Shown: one piece after another, positions 33,001 to 37,359 of the stretch
How positions within the stretch are numbered: position 1 is the first letter of the stretch
How the letters are laid out: the number at the start of each line of letters is the position of its first letter
Assembly: GCA_002269645.1 (NCBI GenBank)
Contig: NIVC01000603.1
Location: forward strand, 24,597-61,955
DNA length: 37,359 bases
Origin: Macrostomum lignano
Taxonomy: Eukaryota
Direction: 5' to 3'
Notes under the pieces: model-generated
What the model was told of the DNA's origin: nothing
Databases searched by the model: none
What the model saw: the letters and a program-made list of their open reading frames with translations, nothing else
Program-made: the position numbers and the translations under genes

Positions 33001-36000
33001 GCATCGAACTTGGATCTGGCTCAGCCCGATTAAAGCATCGAACTTGGATCTGGCTCAGCCCGATTAAAGCATCGAACTTGGATCTGGCTCAGCCCGATTA
33101 AAGCATCGAACTTGGATCTGGCTCAGCCCGATTAAAGCATCGAACTTGGATCTGGCTCAGCCCGATTAAAGCATCGAACTTGGATCTGGCTCAGCCCGAT
33201 TAAAGCATCGAACTTGGATCTGGCTCAGCCCGATTAAAGCATCGAACTTGGATCTGGCTCAGCCCGATTAAAGCATCGAACTTGGATCTGGCTCAGCCCG
33301 ATTAAAGCATCGAACTTGGATCTGGCTCAGCCCGATTAAAGCATCGAACTTGGATCTGGCTCAGCCCGATTAAAGCATCGAACTTGGATCTGGCTCAGCC
33401 CGATTAAAGCATCGAACTTGGATCTGGCTCAGCCCGATTAAAGCATCGAACTTGGATCTGGCTCAGCCCGATTAAAGCATCGAACTTGGATCTGGCTCAG
33501 CCCGATTAAAGCATCGAACTTGGATCTGGCTCAGCCCGATTAAAGCATCGAACTTGGATCTGGCTCAGCCCGATTAAAGCATCGAACTTGGATCTGGCTC
33601 AGCCCGATTAAAGCATCGAACTTGGATCTGGCTCAGCCCGATTAAAGCATCGAACTTGGATCTGGCTCAGCCCGATTAAAGCATCGAACTTGGATCTGGC
33701 TCAGCCCGATTAAAGCATCGAACTTGGATCTGGCTCAGCCCGATTAAAGCATCGAACTTGGATCTGGCTCAGCCCGATTAAAGCATCGAACTTGGATCTG
33801 GCTCAGCCCGATTAAAGCATCGAACTTGGATCTGGCTCAGCCCGATTAAAGCATCGAACTTGGATCTGGCTCAGCCCGATTAAAGCATCGAACTTGGATC
33901 TGGCTCAGCCCGATTAAAGCATCGAACTTGGATCTGGCTCAGCCCGATTAAAGCATCGAACTTGGATCTGGCTCAGCCCGATTAAAGCATCGAACTTGGA
34001 TCTGGCTCAGCCCGATTAAAGCATCGAACTTGGATCTGGCTCAGCCCGATTAAAGCATCGAACTTGGATCTGGCTCAGCCCGATTAAAGCATCGAACTTG
34101 GATCTGGCTCAGCCCGATTAAAGCATCGAACTTGGATCTGGCTCAGCCCGATTAAAGCATCGAACTTGGATCTGGCTCAGCCCGATTAAAGCATCGAACT
34201 TGGATCTGGCTCAGCCCGATTAAAGCATCGAACTTGGATCTGGCTCAGCCCGATTAAAGCATCGAACTTGGATCTGGCTCAGCCCGATTAAAGCATCGAA
34301 CTTGGATCTGGCTCAGCCCGATTAAAGCATCGAACTTGGATCTGGCTCAGCCCGATTAAAGCATCGAACTTGGATCTGGCTCAGCCCGATTAAAGCATCG
34401 AACTTGGATCTGGCTCAGCCCGATTAAAGCATCGAACTTGGATCTGGCTCAGCCCGATTAAAGCATCGAACTTGGATCTGGCTCAGCCCGATTAAAGCAT
34501 CGAACTTGGATCTGGCTCAGCCCGATTAAAGCATCGAACTTGGATCTGGCTCAGCCCGATTAAAGCATCGAACTTGGATCTGGCTCAGCCCGATTAAAGC
34601 ATCGAACTTGGATCTGGCTCAGCCCGATTAAAGCATCGAACTTGGATCTGGCTCAGCCCGATTAAAGCATCGAACTTGGATCTGGCTCAGCCCGATTAAA
34701 GCATCGAACTTGGATCTGGCTCAGCCCGATTAAAGCATCGAACTTGGATCTGGCTCAGCCCGATTAAAGCATCGAACTTGGATCTGGCTCAGCCCGATTA
34801 AAGCATCGAACTTGGATCTGGCTCAGCCCGATTAAAGCATCGAACTTGGATCTGGCTCAGCCCGATTAAAGCATCGAACTTGGATCTGGCTCAGCCCGAT
34901 TAAAGCATCGAACTTGGATCTGGCTCAGCCCGATTAAAGCATCGAACTTGGATCTGGCTCAGCCCGATTAAAGCATCGAACTTGGATCTGGCTCAGCCCG
35001 ATTAAAGCATCGAACTTGGATCTGGCTCAGCCCGATTAAAGCATCGAACTTGGATCTGGCTCAGCCCGATTAAAGCATCGAACTTGGATCTGGCTCAGCC
35101 CGATTAAAGCATCGAACTTGGATCTGGCTCAGCCCGATTAAAGCATCGAACTTGGATCTGGCTCAGCCCGATTAAAGCATCGAACTTGGATCTGGCTCAG
35201 CCCGATTAAAGCATCGAACTTGGATCTGGCTCAGCCCGATTAAAGCATCGAACTTGGATCTGGCTCAGCCCGATTAAAGCATCGAACTTGGATCTGGCTC
35301 AGCCCGATTAAAGCATCGAACTTGGATCTGGCTCAGCCCGATTAAAGCATCGAACTTGGATCTGGCTCAGCCCGATTAAAGCATCGAACTTGGATCTGGC
35401 TCAGCCCGATTAAAGCATCGAACTTGGATCTGGCTCAGCCCGATTAAAGCATCGAACTTGGATCTGGCTCAGCCCGATTAAAGCATCGAACTTGGATCTG
35501 GCTCAGCCCGATTAAAGCATCGAACTTGGATCTGGCTCAGCCCGATTAAAGCATCGAACTTGGATCTGGCTCAGCCCGATTAAAGCATCGAACTTGGATC
35601 TGGCTCAGCCCGATTAAAGCATCGAACTTGGATCTGGCTCAGCCCGATTAAAGCATCGAACTTGGATCTGGCTCAGCCCGATTAAAGCATCGAACTTGGA
35701 TCTGGCTCAGCCCGATTAAAGCATCGAACTTGGATCTGGCTCAGCCCGATTAAAGCATCGAACTTGATCTGGCTCAGCCCGATTAAAGCATCGAACTTGG
35801 ATCTGGCTCAGCCCGATTAAAGCATCGAACTTGGATCTGGCTCAGCCCGATTAAAGCATCGAACTTGGATCTGGCTCAGCCCGATTAAAGCATCGAACTT
35901 GGATCTGGCTCAGCCCGATTAAAGCATCGAACTTGGATCTGGCTCAGCCCGATTAAAGCATCGAACTTGGATCTGGCTCAGCCCGATTAAAGCATCGAAC

Positions 36001-37359
36001 TTGGATCTGGCTCAGCCCGATTAAAGCATCGAACTTGGATCTGGCTCAGCCCGATTAAAGCATCGAACTTGGATCTGGCTCAGCCCGATTAAAGCATCGA
36101 ACTTGGATCTGGCTCAGCCCGATTAAAGCATCGAACTTGGATCTGGCTCAGCCCGATTAAAGCATCGAACTTGGATCTGGCTCAGCCCGATTAAAGCATC
36201 GAACTTGGATCTGGCTCAGCCCGATTAAAGCATCGAACTTGGATCTGGCTCAGCCCGATTAAAGCATCGAACTTGGATCTGGCTCAGCCCGATTAAAGCA
36301 TCGAACTTGGATCTGGCTCAGCCCGATTAAAGCATCGAACTTGGATCTGGCTCAGCCCGATTAAAGCATCGAACTTGGATCTGGCTCAGCCCGATTAAAG
36401 CATCGAACTTGGATCTGGCTCAGCCCGATTAAAGCATCGAACTTGGATCTGGCTCAGCCCGATTAAAGCATCGAACTTGGATCTGGCTCAGCCCGATTAA
36501 AGCATCGAACTTGGATCTGGCTCAGCCCGATTAAAGCATCGAACTTGGATCTGGCTCAGCCCGATTAAAGCATCGAACTTGGATCTGGCTCAGCCCGATT
36601 AAAGCATCGAACTTGGATCTGGCTCAGCCCGATTAAAGCATCGAACTTGGATCTGGCTCAGCCCGATTAAAGCATCGAACTTGGATCTGGCTCAGCCCGA
36701 TTAAAGCATCGAACTTGGATCTGGCTCAGCCCGATTAAAGCATCGAACTTGGATCTGGCTCAGCCCGATTAAAGCATCGAACTTGGATCTGGCTCAGCCC
36801 GATTAAAGCATCGAACTTGGATCTGGCTCAGCCCGATTAAAGCATCGAACTTGGATCTGGCTCAGCCCGATTAAAGCATCGAACTTGGATCTGGCTCAGC
36901 CCGATTAAAGCATCGAACTTGGATCTGGCTCAGCCCGATTAAAGCATCGAACTTGGATCTGGCTCAGCCCGATTAAAGCATCGAACTTGGATCTGGCTCA
37001 GCCCGATTAAAGCATCGAACTTGGATCTGGCTCAGCCCGATTAAAGCATCGAACTTGGATCTGGCTCAGCCCGATTAAAGCATCGAACTTGGATCTGGCT
37101 CAGCCCGATTAAAGCATCGAACTTGGATCTGGCTCAGCCCGATTAAAGCATCGAACTTGATCTGGCTCAGCCCGATTAAAGCATCGAACTTGGATCTGGC
37201 TCAGCCCGATTAAAGCATCGAACTTGGATCTGGCTCAGCCCGATTAAAGCATCGAACTTGGATCTGGCTCAGCCCGATTAAAGCATCGAACTTGGATCTG
37301 GCTCAGCCCGATTAAAGCATCGAACTTGGATCTGGCTCAGCCCGATTAAAGCATCGAAC
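27051..37359. repeat. 34-bp tandem satellite (GCATCGAACTTGGATCTGGCTCAGCCCGATTAAA)n, about 303 units, running off the window end
   Basis: Direct reading. The only variants seen are C>T at 27091 and single-G losses near 29103, 29476, 35765 and 37158. Confidence 0.99.

Noticed and set aside
27051-37359. CRISPR array or coding repeat
   Set aside because: The 34-bp units abut with no spacers, there are no cas genes and the context is eukaryotic. The period is not a multiple of 3 and TAA occurs on both strands, so every frame is closed.

Overview
Eukaryotic (metazoan-type) genomic DNA with short GT-AG introns; the host species cannot be identified from the window. All coordinates and translations were read by eye. 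The window holds a head-to-tail cluster (+ strand) of a 9-coding-exon type-I membrane receptor gene. Its architecture is signal peptide, a degenerate F-type-lectin (fucolectin/FTP)-like domain, two non-canonical Ig domains plus a probable third, a TM helix and a short tyrosine-rich tail. Copy A shows exons 6-9 (309-1166). Copy B is complete (4728-14120, about 602 aa). Copy C shows exons 1-5 (24666-26834). A decayed fourth relic lies at about 22385-23500. Intron 5 of B carries a decayed Ngaro-like tyrosine-recombinase retrotransposon (- strand) with a 2.2-kb solo-LTR-like element nested at its 3' tip. Intron 5 of C has become a >=10.3-kb, near-perfect 34-bp satellite whose monomer has a single-copy homologue at the same intron position in B. 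Just after each stop codon lies a (GATCCT)n array (1.2 kb in A, 6.5 kb in B) bounded by splice signals, probably a 3'-UTR intron. The spacers contain an RTE-like LINE fragment, two MITE-like elements, a tRNA-derived SINE and a 33-bp minisatellite.
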